Shown: positions 1 through 12,527 of the stretch, piece after piece
Numbering within the stretch: the stretch's first letter is position 1
Layout of the letters: each line of letters opens with the position of its first letter
DNA from: Azolla caroliniana
Taxonomy: Eukaryota; Plantae; Polypodiophyta
Assembly (NCBI GenBank): GCA_043228905.1
Contig: JBHGNT010000004.1
Span: forward strand, 7,130,001 to 7,194,000
Length of the DNA stretch: 64,000 bases
Direction: 5' to 3'
Translations under genes and position numbers: made by a program
Notes under the pieces: model-generated
Databases searched by the model: none
What the model was told of the DNA's origin: nothing
Seen by the model: only the letters and a program-made list of their open reading frames with translations

Positions 1-1353
1 CAGTCTCTTGTGCCACAGCTCACCGGCAGTGTCGGCTGCCACATTCAGCTCTTCCGGACATAATCGGGCATTAATCAGGTATAGTGTGTTGACCTTCCGG
101 GCCCGAGCCACTATTAGGCTCCCCTTGCTGAACTTCATGACACCGTTCCGGATGCTACCCGTGTAGCCTTCATCGTCTAGCCTTCCGGCCGAAATCAGGT
201 TCAATCGAACCTCCGGAACGTGTCGGACATCCTTCAGCAGCATTTTGCATCCGGTCGGGGTTGTCAACCACACGTCTCCGATGCCGGCAATCCGGCACGT
301 ACCTTCATTTCCCATCCGAACACAGCCATGCTCACCGGCTGTGTAGGATGAAAAGTATCTTCTCTCCGGGGTCAGGTGGAACGACGCTCCGGAGTCGACC
401 ACCCAGGTCGTCTCATCGCCGGCAATGTTTAGCTCTCCTTCTTCGGTGATGAGCATGATTTCTTCCTCACTTGCCGCGAGTGCCGTTGTTCCTTTCCGGT
501 CCTGCCCTCGCCGATCCGAACCTCTCCGGTCCGTGGCTCCCCGGTATGCACCGTTTCTCTCCGGTGACTTCTTCGAATCGGTGTCGTCGGCTCCGTTGTC
601 TTTTCGGTAATGCCGACAATTCTTTCGGAAGTGCCCCGGCTTCCCACAGTGGAAGCATGTGGGTCTTCCTCTTGACTGCGACCTGGTCCCCGACTTCTCC
701 CGTCTTTGCGGACTCCGGTTCCATTGTCTTCCCCGATCCGATTCGGTAAACAGCATCTTCGGGTCGGAGGTCGGTTCCTTATCTCTCCGACGCGCTTCTT
801 CATTCAAAATACTTGTCTTTACCGTTTGCAAGGACAAGTTATCTTCTGTACAGGAGGTGCTGAGAGTCACCACCAAGTTCTCCCAGCTTTCTGGCAATGT
901 ACACATCAGGATGATGGCTTGCATTGCATCCTCCAACGGGAACTTGATCGCCGCAAGCTGATTCACGAATCCCATGAACGTGCTTACGTGTTCGACCATA
1001 CTCTCGCCGTCCCGGTACTTGAGGTTCACTATCTTCCTCATCAGGGAGGTCCGGTTCAACGCATTCTTCCTCTCGTAGAGGCCCGACAGCTTCTTCCACA
1101 TCTCATATGCGTTGGTGTCATTCGCCACATGTTGTAGGACGCTTACATCGACATATTGTCGGATCGTCGCTACGGCTTTCCGGTTCAGGAGCTTCCACTC
1201 CGACTCAAGTACCCCTTTCGGTATTTCCGACCTGTCAATCGGTTCGTACAGGTCCCGAACAATCAGAAGATCCTCCATCTTGATCTTCCAGTCGGCGTAA
1301 TTCTGTGCATTCAGCACCATCATCATCGGCTGCCCGCTGCCGCCGCCTTCCAT
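1..1353 (-). CDS. Copia Gag-Pol N-terminus (gag, zinc knuckle, protease), partial
   Basis: ATG 1353 reads MEGGGSGQPMMMVLNAQNYADWKIKMEDLL; protease motif WVVDSGASFHLT near 405-370; appears open to the window edge. Confidence 0.8.
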   Translation of the reverse strand, partial: MEGGGSGQPMMMVLNAQNYADWKIKMEDLLIVRDLYEPIDRSEIPKGVLESEWKLLNRKAVATIRQYVDVSVLQHVANDTNAYEMWKKLSGLYERKNALNRTSLMRKIVNLKYRDGESMVEHVSTFMGFVNQLAAIKFPLEDAMQAIILMCTLPESWENLVVTLSTSCTEDNLSLQTVKTSILNEEARRRDKEPTSDPKMLFTESDRGRQWNRSPQRREKSGTRSQSRGRPTCFHCGKPGHFRKNCRHYRKDNGADDTDSKKSPERNGAYRGATDRRGSDRRGQDRKGTTALAASEEEIMLITEEGELNIAGDETTWVVDSGASFHLTPERRYFSSYTAGEHGCVRMGNEGTCRIAGIGDVWLTTPTGCKMLLKDVRHVPEVRLNLISAGRLDDEGYTGSIRNGVMKFSKGSLIVARARKVNTLYLINARLCPEELNVAADTAGELWHKRL

Positions 1354-1993
1354 TTTCTGCAACAGTCGCTCTGATACCAGTTTGTAAGGAATAGACGCTT
1401 CTATTCACCTTCTTCACTCGGCCACAACCGATTAATCGCGGATCAATGGAGCAGAAAATAGGAAACACACGTAGAAACAAAACGAAGAAAACGCGAGTAC
1501 ACAAGGATTAACGTGGAAAACCCTATATGGGAAAAAACCACGGGAGTGCGAGACTCCAAACCAAAACTATGCACAGAGAGATTTACAATGGCGAGCTGCA
1601 AGGCAACGACCTTGAGCTCGCTTCCTTCGCCACAGGCGGCGGTGTTACACAGAGACGTCGACCTCTTCCTCTCTCGCACTCTCTCTCTCTCTCTCACGGC
1701 TGCTCTCTCTTCACTCCTCTAAAGTGAAAAACCAGAAAAATGAGAAGCAAGCAACAAAACTGTTTGCCCTAAGTCATATTTATACTTATATGACTTTGGG
1801 CTATTTACAACTGTAGCCTCAGAGGCCCATGGTGAACATATTCACGGATATGTCCCTGCATCCGGATCGCTTTCCGGGTACATTCGTCATCCGGTACCGA
1901 AACCGGGGTCTTCGTCATCCGGATCCGAAACCGAAACCGGGCATCCATCTCCGATATCCGACCATCCCATGAGAAGGGACCGTAATCCCAACA
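1..1993 (-). mobile_element. Ty1/copia LTR retrotransposon (Tnt1/Tork-like), 5' part; continues off the window start; inserted in the 5' LTR of Copia-X copy 1
   Basis: 5' LTR 1383-1993 (TGTAAGG...CCCAACA on +); PBS TGGTATCAGAGC (tRNA-iMet) at 1379-1368; gag-pol follows. Confidence 0.9.
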
Positions 1994-3388
1994 CAGTGTC
2001 AGTCACTCGGTACGAGCATTGAAGTACTTGTCAGTACTTCTATTAGTCCTTTAAGGACTTGTATAAAAGTGCTCACTATGCACATTGTATGTACAGAGTG
2101 TTCATTATTTTGAAATAGACCTTGTGTGTTCATACTCTCTGTGTATCCCAAGTTTTCCATTAAACCTGTGTATTTTTTGTTGCTATCTGGCTGAGCCGGT
2201 TTATCTACGCTTCCGCACACTAACTTTTACATGGTATTAGAGCGCGAAGGTTGAGAATCCTCTGCTAACGACAAGCGACTCTTATAGACAAACCCTAAAA
2301 CTTGGTAAAGAATAAGAAGGAAAGAATGGACAGAGGAATGGCAAGCTTGCTTCCGACGGAGAAGCTCGATAGAAGCAACCATGCATCTTGGTCGTACAAG
2401 ATGCACCAATACCTGATCGGACATGAATACTAGAGTTATGTTGATGGAGCTAATGAAACAACACCGAATGTGACACACAGGGACTTTCCGGCTTGGGAAT
2501 AAGCGGCAAGCAAGACAATGTACTGCCTAAACCTTGTAAAATGTCAGAAGGAACCGAAAAGTTTGGAAATGGATCGGGCCCAGCCTTTATGATGAAGCAC
2601 ACGGCTATTTTGATGAAGACAAGCACCTGAAAACTGAATGAGGTATGGTATGTTGATTCTGGAGCATCAAACCATATGATGAGCCACGAGGAGTGGTTCT
2701 TATATTTGGAGAAATCAGAACTACTAGGAGTTGTCAAAAACAGTGACGACACCCCACATACCATCGAACATGTCAGTGAAGTCCCCCTAAATCATGTCAA
2801 AAAAAGGGAAGCTGATGAATGTATTGCATGTCCCAACAATAACGAAAAACCTAGTGTTGGTAGGATAGATTGTCGATAAAGGGATGCAGGTCTGGTTTGC
2901 ACATCTCAGGTGCTTCATCAAAGAAGAAGGCAAAGTCATTGCACAAGGGCGTCGAGAGGCGAGGATATTGATCCTTGAAACAAATGAAGTTGGAACCACT
3001 ATGTTTGCAAAAGGGCAAAAAGAGTTGGATATCGACCGATGGCACAAGTGGTTCGACCATATCAACTTCCAAAAGCTTCAAGAGATGCAGTCGAAACATG
3101 TGGTTTCCAGACTGCCAAAGTTTCGTGGCCAGAAGGGCCAAATTTGTTACGCTTGCCAGCTCGAGAAGTAGCATAGGCTTCCGTTCCCCAATGAAAAGAA
3201 TCAGAGGCGGAATCAGCTCGATCTTATCCATTCAGATGTTTGGGGACTGGCACAGAATGAGCATTGGAGGAAGCCGTTACTTTGTAACATTCATCGATGA
3301 CTACACTCGGCACACTTGGGTGTGCTTGATCACAAAGAAGAGCGAAGTCTTCGCCTGTTTCCTGAAGGTGAAGAGCCTTATCGAACGG

Positions 3389-5212
3389 TGTCATGAAATT
3401 GAGGCTTCACGATGTCAAAACAATGTCAAAAATCTATAGAAAGGTGGGATGAAGAAAGTGATGGAGGACGAAGAGTCGAAGAATGTTCAAGAAATGTACT
3501 TTTCGACTACCGCCGGATTGAAGGTTGATGATCCCCAGATTGGATCGGGATTCTGGGGAAAAGTGATAAAGTTCGCTACTAACAAAAGAGTCCAACCATA
3601 GGGCTTACAAAAGGCTGACGACGAGATAAGGAATAGTATTGGGTGGAATGACCTAGTAGATTCACTCACAACGATTGCCAAGATAGCAAGGGTGAATGCC
3701 TACGAAGTCACAATCGAAGAAAAGAGACTTGGAGAACTGAAGAAGCAGGACCTTCAAGAAAACCTCAAACCCGAGAGCAAAAGAGATTGGAAACAGAATG
3801 AGCTGATGCGGAGGTGATGAAAGAAGACAACGATAAGCAGAAGGTCACCCCGTCATTCAAACTTGCCTCCGACATTGAATCATCCACGAACATAAAGCAA
3901 GTGCTAGAATCGAGGTTTCTTGATAGCAAAGTTGAGTTGACACTTCGGGAAGTATTAGGGATCGCGAAGGAGTTCCATGAAGTAATCATCGACGTGATCC
4001 GAAGAAAAACACAGGTGATTGAAGAAACGAGAGTAGTAAATACCGTCATGATACGTGAAGAAGATGAAGATATGGTGATTGCATGGTTAGTCAGGGTACG
4101 GAGTGCTGACATAGAGTGTAGTCATGAAGAGGAAAGAAGTCATTACACCCGCATTCATTGGGCTTGAGCGACTGATGCTCTAGTTAGAATTGGCGATCTA
4201 ATGGAACTGTGTGTGGCGCTCATCGACCACAACATCGAGATAAATATCATATCATCTGATTTCTACAGTCGCAGGAGATGGCCAATAGAGAGGAACCATG
4301 GCTGGAAGGTCAGAGCAGCGACCGAGGTTGTGGAGGATTTATGTGGTGCATGCCCCAATATTAAAGACTAAAGTGCTCGATAACGGAATGACATTTGCTA
4401 GGATTCGGAGTCAAGATGGGAAGAGGTCGGCACAATTCCTTATTGTTTGACCAAATCACGAAAGGAATAAGGAGCACCTACGGGATCATCCACTACGATA
4501 TGTTGGGGATTTTGTACAAGATTTAGACTAGGGCAGGCCCTTACAAAAAGGGGTTGTGATGGCCTGAGGGAGGTAAGAAGCTCATTCATAGCATTGAAGA
4601 TAAAGGTAAAGTATATGTTGCGTCGGTAGTTGGCGCAACTATAATAGAAGATTTCAAAGGGAAGAAATTTTATAAAATAAAAAAAGAATTGCAATTCTGA
4701 ACCTTGGAATTCAAAGGACGCGAGGGTGAAGGATGCAGAGGTCAACTTAGCCTGTTGATACAAGACAAATACTAAAGAAAAGAAAGGGAACGCAAGAAAA
4801 TAAAGATGTTGAAGTGGTCTATTTCAAATGCTCCTTGTAAATAGAGGTCGAGAGTTTGAGTCCTCCCAACGCAATCTCTTCTTTTGGTAAACAAGTTTTG
4901 TAACATAAAAATAGTAAATATAAAAAAAAGAAAGTTAGATCAATACAAAAAGAAAGGTGTTGAAGTGGTTGATTTGATAAGCCTTAGTTCTAAGAGAGGA
5001 GAGGAGTTGAGTTGGAGTATTACCAAGTAACTTTTGGATAAATATTGTAATTGGTGTTTTACAAATAGAATTCTTTTTGCAACAACGTCGCATCCATCTT
5101 GCCTTGTTGGCTTCTTGTCATCGCACCATTTGCAATTACGCCCTGTCATCCCGATCATCCTCGAGTCATAGAATATCGACGGTTGCGACACACAACCAAA
5201 ATCTTTACGAAA
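3389..5212 (+). mobile_element. Deleted derivative of the tRNA-Trp gypsy family inserted in the Copia-X integrase
   Basis: Starts TGTCATGAA, ends TTTACGAAA; ACGG on both sides (3385-3388, 5213-5216); host frame IER|ETDRKIKCLRSDGGKEY is restored on removal; peptide LDSKVELTLREVLGIAKEFH is homologous to ORF 26981-29218. Confidence 0.8.
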
Positions 5213-5495
5213 ACGGGAAACTGACAGGAAGATCAAGTGCCTGAGGTCCGATGGCGGGAAAGAGTACTTTTCCGACTAGTTCTCAAGTTATCTACAGAAG
5301 GAAGGAATTCGACGAGAATTCTCTTGCAGATACACACCAAAGCAAAACAATGTGGCCGAGCGGAAGAATCAGAATATAGAGGAGGCGGCACAGGAAATGC
5401 TTGAGCAGAAGCATATGCCAAAGTTTTATTGGGCCGAAGCGGTCTGGACAACCGTTTATTTGCAGAATCAAACTTCTACAAATGGAGGAATGTCG

Positions 5496-6923
5496 CATGG
5501 GATAAGTCTATCAAAGATGCCACATGGGAACACGAAAATACTCTTAGAACTAACTTCCCTAACTTTCCATTGCAAGAGTGCAATGTTTTAAAGAAGGGGA
5601 GTATATTACGGGCATGACCCAAGGTTGTTAGGTACGTTAGGTACGGTACGGATACCATACGTATTTAACGTATTAATACCCGTATAGTACCTTCTAATTT
5701 AAAAATACGTTAAATACGTTTTCTTAATATTTTAAATACTTATAAAATATGTAAAATACGTATAGTACGTTAAATACTTCTAGAATTTGAAAATTATTTA
5801 CCTTTCTAAAAAATATCTATAATATTATAAAAAACATCAATGTTTACACAATTTTGTGATGTACAATATAGTTCTATATCCTAAAATGCATATAAGACAT
5901 TTGAACATTTCACATCCTAAAATACTTGTAGTAATATGGATGTCGACATTCCCTTATTCTATAAATCAGTGTAAGTGTGTATCATGATGTTCTACTTCAA
6001 ATTGTAATTATTTACAATTATGACTTCATAGATTGAGGAATCTCTACGATTATCACACTCATGATAGGTTTCTCTATTCTTCGTTTTCTTCTTCTTCTTC
6101 TTCTTCTTCTTCTTCTATCTATTGCGATTATCACACTCAGGACAGGTTTATGTCTTCTTTTCTCTCTTCTTCTTCTTCTTCTTCTTCTTCTTCTTCTTCA
6201 TCGTCGTCGTCTCTTCTATTCTTCTTTCTTCCTTCCTTTGGCTTCTTTTTCACTAAAATCTTTTTTTTCTTTTCCTTTTTGTCAGGGTTTTACTTACATT
6301 TTCTTTATAAATACGTATTATACCAGTTTTTTTATAAATACGTTAAATACTGTATTGGACAAATGTACATGATATTTGACTGAACAACATTGAGGTATAG
6401 TACGTATTATACAAATGATGAGGTACTATACGTATTGAAACGTTAAATACGGGTACATAAACAACCATGCTCTATGACCATATAATATCCCATGGTAATT
6501 TTTACCGTAGTATTCTATACACGTGGATAAAGTGTGAGAGTTAAATGAGAGTGTAAAGAAGGGAAGGATTACTTTTAATCCTTGGGATTGAGACAACCCA
6601 TTAAGGCCAAGTGTGAACTTGCATGGGGGCCTTAGGTTTGGCTATAAATATGAGGCCAAGTTACCATCATTTGATCATTTCTTGACTACGTCAAGACTCT
6701 GTCCTTCTGGTGGATCATAATTTTGTAGCGAGCGCGCCAATACCATGTACGACTCAACGCCACGACGGTGGTATGGGATGCTAATGGAGGCACAAGTCCG
6801 TCTCGATCCCTTCGTTTGGGGGGTGGTTAGGTGGATCAACACCCTTCATTCTCTCTCCTCGCTTATTTCTCTATTAGATATATTATCCTTATCATATGCT
6901 TACATTAGTACCTCGCTCTAACA
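5496..6923 (+). mobile_element. Chromoviral gypsy 3' fragment (chromodomain end, PPT, 3' LTR)
   Basis: Peptide VAWDKSIKDATWEHENTLRTNFPNF; PPT AAGAAGGGGAG 5591-5601; LTR ~5604-6923 ending CTAACA, interrupted by an hAT-type element. Confidence 0.6.
5620..6469 (+). mobile_element. Non-autonomous hAT-type DNA transposon, copy 1
   Basis: Imperfect TIRs CAAGGTTGTTAGGTAC / GTACATAAACAACCATG; subterminal TACGT motifs; (TTC)n tracts; near-identical to 12528-13443 in inverted orientation; TSD degenerate (GCATGACC / CTCTATGACC). Confidence 0.8.
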
Positions 6924-8641
6924 AAGAAGCAACCGACAGATGCATTGTTGAGCACCGAGGAGCGGCTGTCGTGACATGCGAAGCCATATGGCTCAAGATC
7001 CAACCTTACGTTGAGACACCAGGAGGAGCCGGAGGAAAGGACCAACAGACACTTACACCACGATCCGACCTTAAGGTGAGCTTGAAGGGGAGTGTTGAGC
7101 GAGCAAGCTCAACATGATCCAAATCGGCTGAATAAGCCAAGAGCCAGATCAATGTCTAGAATGAAGAGCCGGATTGATGTCCGGATCTAAGTGTAACCGG
7201 TAGGCTGTTAGAGGCCTATGATCCTAGCCTAATATGTATGCATATTTTTAGGAGTCATTGTCAATCGCTCGGTACGAGCATTGAAGTACTTGTCAGTACT
7301 TTTGTACAGTCCTTTAAGGACTTGTATAAAAGTACTCATTGTGCACATTGTATGTACAAAGTGTTTATTATTTTGAAATAGATGTTGTATGTTCTGCTCT
7401 CTCTGTCTCTCCCGCATACTCTATGTGTATCTCAAGCTTTCTGTTAAACCTGCGTATTTTTTGTTGCTATCCGGTTGAGCTGTTTTGTCTACGCTTCTGC
7501 ACACTAACTTTTACAGAAATCGTCATCCAATTCTTCCTTGATCCACTTGCAAGAAAGGCCAGTTGAAGATAATGTGGTGGTGGTGCAATGAAAGATGATG
7601 TTGAGGACCTGTAGTAAGATGTGTACAACAAACAACGCAGAAAGATCTAGCAACAAGATAAGCAAGATAGACAAGGAGCTCTAATGGAAACTCTTATATT
7701 TCTCTCTAAGAACTCTCACTTTACAACGTTACAGTTGGGCTTATATACTCAAGCCCTAACTTGGAAATGTGCTCACACTCAGGATACAAGAGTTGGGTGG
7801 AGTCGGCCTTTTATGCCAACAAACTCCCTCGTAAAAGGGATACTCTATATGGATGTACAATCTGTTGGGGTTATCTCCCTTGTAAACCTATATTACAAAT
7901 TGCATCTAAATTACAATTGTATGATTACAAGTCAATTGGCTTATGGCCGAATCGGCAGAGGTGAAGTCTGACTCTAGCCTAATTCGGCTGGTTATCTCGA
8001 TTAGGTTGAATCAGATTCTGTCTTTCGGCCTTTGGTTGATTTCTAACTTCTCGCTCGCGCTTGGTCTTGTGCTCCTCGTTGGATCCTCAATCAGTCTTTA
8101 GTTTTGCTTGCTCCATGATCATTTCCTTTCCAGTCAACTTCTTTGCGCTCGACTTTGTCCTTAGCCTCCTGGATTTCTAGTGCTTTTGAGTTCGCTTTTT
8201 TGGCTCGTCTGGCTGGGCCAATCTTTGACTTACCTGCTGCGTCTGTTCGTTCAGCTCTTTCCAGCTCGGTCGCTTGTCGTAGTCCCATGTTATATCTCAA
8301 TGCTCCGAAGCGTTATTTTGGGAGTGTCTTTGTCAGGCAATCGATGATGTTCACCTCGGTATATATCTTCCGGACTGAGATATAATGTGATGATACCGCA
8401 CCTCAATACGCTACCAGACAAAGTTCCAAAAGAGGTGTATGTTACGAGCTCCCAGATGTGATGGTACCACACCTCAATATGCTTTTTTTCCACATGATAA
8501 ACCATATTTTGGATGAGGTGTCTTGCACTCTGTGAGTCCCAATAGATGGTTGGCGCTTGATGGTCAATTTGTCTTGTTTCCGAAAAATCGGTCGACGGTT
8601 GGTGCAACCAAATTGCTTTCTTAGCTGATTCCGACGTGGCT

Positions 8642-9065
8642 AAGTATTTGGCCTCTGTGGTCGATAAGGCCGTGCACTCTTCCAATTTCGACCTCCATGA
8701 TATGGCATTGCCGCCATAGGTAAATATATAGCCTAATATCGACTTCCGATTGTCCGGATTGTGGTGTAGTCAGAGTCTGTATAGCCTCCGACTTTAGTCG
8801 GATTAGCCGATCCGGAAGTCAGTTGTACATCTTCAGTTCCTTGTAGATACCGGAAGTATTTGGCCTCTGTGGTCGATAGGACCGTGCACTCTTCCAATTT
8901 CGACCTCCATGATATGGCGTTGCCGCCATAGGTAAATATATAGCCTAATATCGACTTCCGATTGTCTGGATTGTGGTGTAGTCAGAGTCTGTATAGCCTC
9001 CGACTTTAGTCGGATTAGCCGATCCGGAAGTCAGTTGTACATCTTCAGTTCCTTGTAGATACCTG
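8642..9065. repeat. 212-bp tandem duplication in the copia RT/RNase H region
   Basis: AAGTATTTGGCCTCTGTGGTCGATA at 8642 and 8854, with near-identical continuation. Confidence 0.85.
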
Positions 9066-12000
9066 AAGATGTTCTTCACAACTTCCCAATGCTTCCATCA
9101 TGGGTTTGACATGTACTGGATGACGACCCCTTCAGCATATGTAAGGTCAGTTCGGAAGCGGAATTGGTGCTAGTTTCATATTCTCCATGTTGAACCGTTT
9201 TAACACCTTTTGCATATAGTTGGAGTCGGAGAGCCAGAGGGTCTTTGCTGTCCGATTTCACTCTATCCTTATGCCCAATATGTGTCGGGTTTGTTCGAGT
9301 TCCTTCATCGCAAACTTTTCATGAAGGCTCTACTTTAATTCTCCCATCTTTTCTTGATTGCTCCATGCAATCAACATATTGTTGACACACATGATCAGGT
9401 AGATCCAGGACTCGTTAACCAATTGCCGAATATATAGGCATGGGTCAGAGTCCGACCGGTTGTAGCCGAGTTGCCAGATGTAGGTATCAAATTTTTGATA
9501 CCACATTCGTGGTGTTTGCTTTAGACCATATAGACTCTTCTTCAACTTACAGACAAGGTGACCTTGCTCCCCCATCGTTGTGAAGTCTACCGGTTGATAC
9601 ATGTAAATGTCTTTGTCGAGATCTTCGTGTAGGAAGGTTGTAGGTCTTCCGTTGTGATGACTCCTAATAGGAACCGAAGGGTTGTCATCTTTACTATGGG
9701 AGAAAATATCTCATCATAATCGACTCCATGTTCTTGTTTGAACCCCTTGGTGATGAGCCGAGCTTTGTACTTGGGTCGTTCTGAACTGGATATATACTTG
9801 TATCGATAGACCCATTTGCACAATAGCGGGCTTCTGTCCAGTTGGTAATTCAACCAACTCCCATGTCTGATTTTCTTTTATCGAGTCCATCTTGGATCTA
9901 TGGCTTGTAGCCATGTGTTGGCGTCAGATGCGGCTATAACTTCCTCATAGCAACTAGGTTCGCCTGGATCCATGTAGTTGATGTAGTCAAGGCCCGGTTG
10001 ATAAAACTTTGTTGGCCTTTGGACTCGTCCGAATCTCCTGAGTGCCAAATTTGTTGGTTCAGATCCTTCGATCTACATTATTGGTTGATCGGTATTACTC
10101 AAACTGTCTTCAGGTGTCCTTCTAGATGACCCACTTCGGTGATTGGAGTTCGTTGTTGTCGGATCATCCTCCCCTTCGTCAAGATTGATTGACAGAGGAA
10201 TTGGTGCCTTGGCCAGTTCGGCTCAGCCTTTCAACACCTTAGCCGATTTGGGTGAATTGGTTGAGTTGACTTTTTCTTTCTTGGCTCTTGTCAATCTTCT
10301 AGTCGAATCAAAATTGATTGCGACTAGTGGACCTCTTGCTGATTCGGCAAGGGGGTCGATGGCTTGGTCTACTTCGACTGTTTGTCGAATTGCCGATTGG
10401 GCTCAGTCGATTGGGCCCTCGTCTTCATCCAATTGAGTGAGATCGAGTGAGACTCTTTTGTTGACCTTTTTCGGTTGGGATTGGTCGGAGAAGATTGAGT
10501 CTTCATTGAAGACATCGTCACTACTTCGGATCAATTTCTAGTTCTCCAGATCCCATAGTTGATAGCCGAACTCCCCATTGGTTCCATATCTAAGAAATAT
10601 GCACTTTGTTGCATGGGGCGCCAACTTGGTCCTTTTCTCCCATGGTATGAAGGCATAGGCTTCGCATCCGAAAGTTTGAAGCCTGTCATAGGTCGGTTGT
10701 TTACATGACCATAGTGCCTGTGGCACTTTGAGCCAAATTGCTCTCATTGGCGAAAGGTTTATCAAGTATACCGTTGTATGCAATGCTTCGGCCCAGAATT
10801 CCAGCTTTAGTTCGGCTTGCTGGAGCATAGTCGTCACTCTCCCTTGGATCGTTCGATTGATCCGTTCCACCATGCCATTCTGCATGGGGGCATAGGGAAC
10901 GGTCTTTTGGTGCCAAATCCCTTATTCAAACAGGTACTATTTGAAGACTCGGGAGGTGTATTCCCCTTCATTGTCAGACTACAGTGTCTTCACTCAGTGT
11001 TCTAATCGGTTCTCCACTTCGACTAACCACTGAAAGAAGACCTTGAGCGATTCGTGTTTCGACATAATCGAGTAGGCCCAGACCTTTCGTGTATAGTCAT
11101 CTAAGAATGTGATGAAGTACTAGGAGCCTCCTTGTGACAGTTCGGGCATCACCCCACATATATTTGTGTGAACCAGTTCTAGGGGCTGGTGTTTGAGAGA
11201 GTGCGGACTTCGGGTCTGTTTCCCATAACGGCAATGCTCACAGAAGTCTATCTTTGTTTGGAGTTTCGGGATGTAGCCGATCACCATCAGCCGGTCCAGT
11301 CCGGCTTGGGACATATGGCCAAGTCGGCCATGCCATAAGTTTGAGTCTGACGATTCGGCTATGTTCACTATGCCCTCAGGATTGATCGCCATCAATGGAT
11401 AAAAGTTATTGTACTTGCATCCGCACTCGATTTTCATGTTTCCTTGGCTGATCATCCATGATGACTTGCTTAGATACCTAGCTTTGGCGAGCATGCCAAT
11501 GGATACCAGATGCCTTTTCAGCTCAGGTGCAAGGTGAATTGTCATTTGACAATTGAATGGGGACCTCGCCTATCCCTGCGATTAAGCACTCCTGCATGTT
11601 GCCTACTCGGACGGTACTACTAGCTCTAACTGAATAGTTTGAAAACCATTCGATGTTGGGGGTCACGTGAAATGTGGTGCCTGAGTCCAACAACCACATT
11701 CACGCATCTTGTGCGTTATATAGGACTTCGCCTGTCGATGGATCCTCCAATGAGCGGATTTCTCCCAACCGGGATTCAGCAACATTGATTTGGTCGCATG
11801 TAGGAGAATAGTTCGAATCGGATTGTCCTTGTGTTTGATCGAATCGCCGACCATTCTCTTGTCTCTTTATAAACCATAGTCTTTTTAGAGTGTGTGCAGA
11901 AGATACTTGATTGATTATTCCTCAAATTTGACCGTTGTCGGCCTTCCCTTCTTCTCGGTCGATTGGTGTTTCGCCTGGTGCTTTCGGCTTGTTCTCTTGA

Positions 12001-12527
12001 TCGGCTAGTCCGTCCGATCGACTCGGTCGAGTGGTGGGCTTCTACCGATTCATCGATGGCGAGTCTCATCAATTTTCTCCGAATGTTCTCAATGAGGACT
12101 TGTCCGATCGTTTCGTCCATATTCAACTTACGACAATTGTTGGTGAATGTCATGCAGAATACCTCCCAACTCGCCGGCAAGCTCGAAAGGAGGGCAAATT
12201 CTTTAACTTCTTCTTCGAAGTTAATCTCGTGGGAGGAGAGCTTAGACAACTGTACCTAGTTGAAGGTATTGATGTGGGAGGTCGCCAGATCCTTCTCTCT
12301 CGTCTTCATATTGAATAATTGTCTGATCAATATGAGTTTCCATGAGGAGAACCTCTTCTCGTATATGACCTGTAACTTCTCCCACAATGAGAATGTTGTC
12401 ATCTCCTTTGTTATGTTGAAGTAGACGTTTCGGCCAGGTGCATCCAAATAGTCAACCTGGCTATCTCGTTGTGGAACGCCATTCTTCTACTGTCATCAAG
12501 GCCAGCTTGTTGTTGTGCCGTATCACC

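Larger units (their letters stand above)
1994..7515 (+). mobile_element. Copia-X copy 1, degenerate, internally deleted, interrupted by nested insertions
   Basis: 5' LTR remnant 1994-2231; PBS TGGTATTAGAGC 2232-2243; gag MDRGMASLLPTEKLDRSN; protease WYVDSGASNHM ~2646; integrase ~3200-3388 and 5217-5495; RNase H remnant KKQPT from 6924; PPT then 3' LTR 7093-7515 (TGTTGAG...TTACA). Confidence 0.85.

Noticed and set aside
6047-6230. Repeat-spacer-like CGATTATCACACTCA units (CRISPR-like?)
   Set aside because: Only 2-3 units, the spacers are microsatellites, the context is a eukaryotic TE, and there are no cas genes.
6033-6383. Poly-Ser/poly-Leu ORFs here and at 12614-13045
   Set aside because: They are translations of (TTC)n tracts inside the non-autonomous hAT-type elements.
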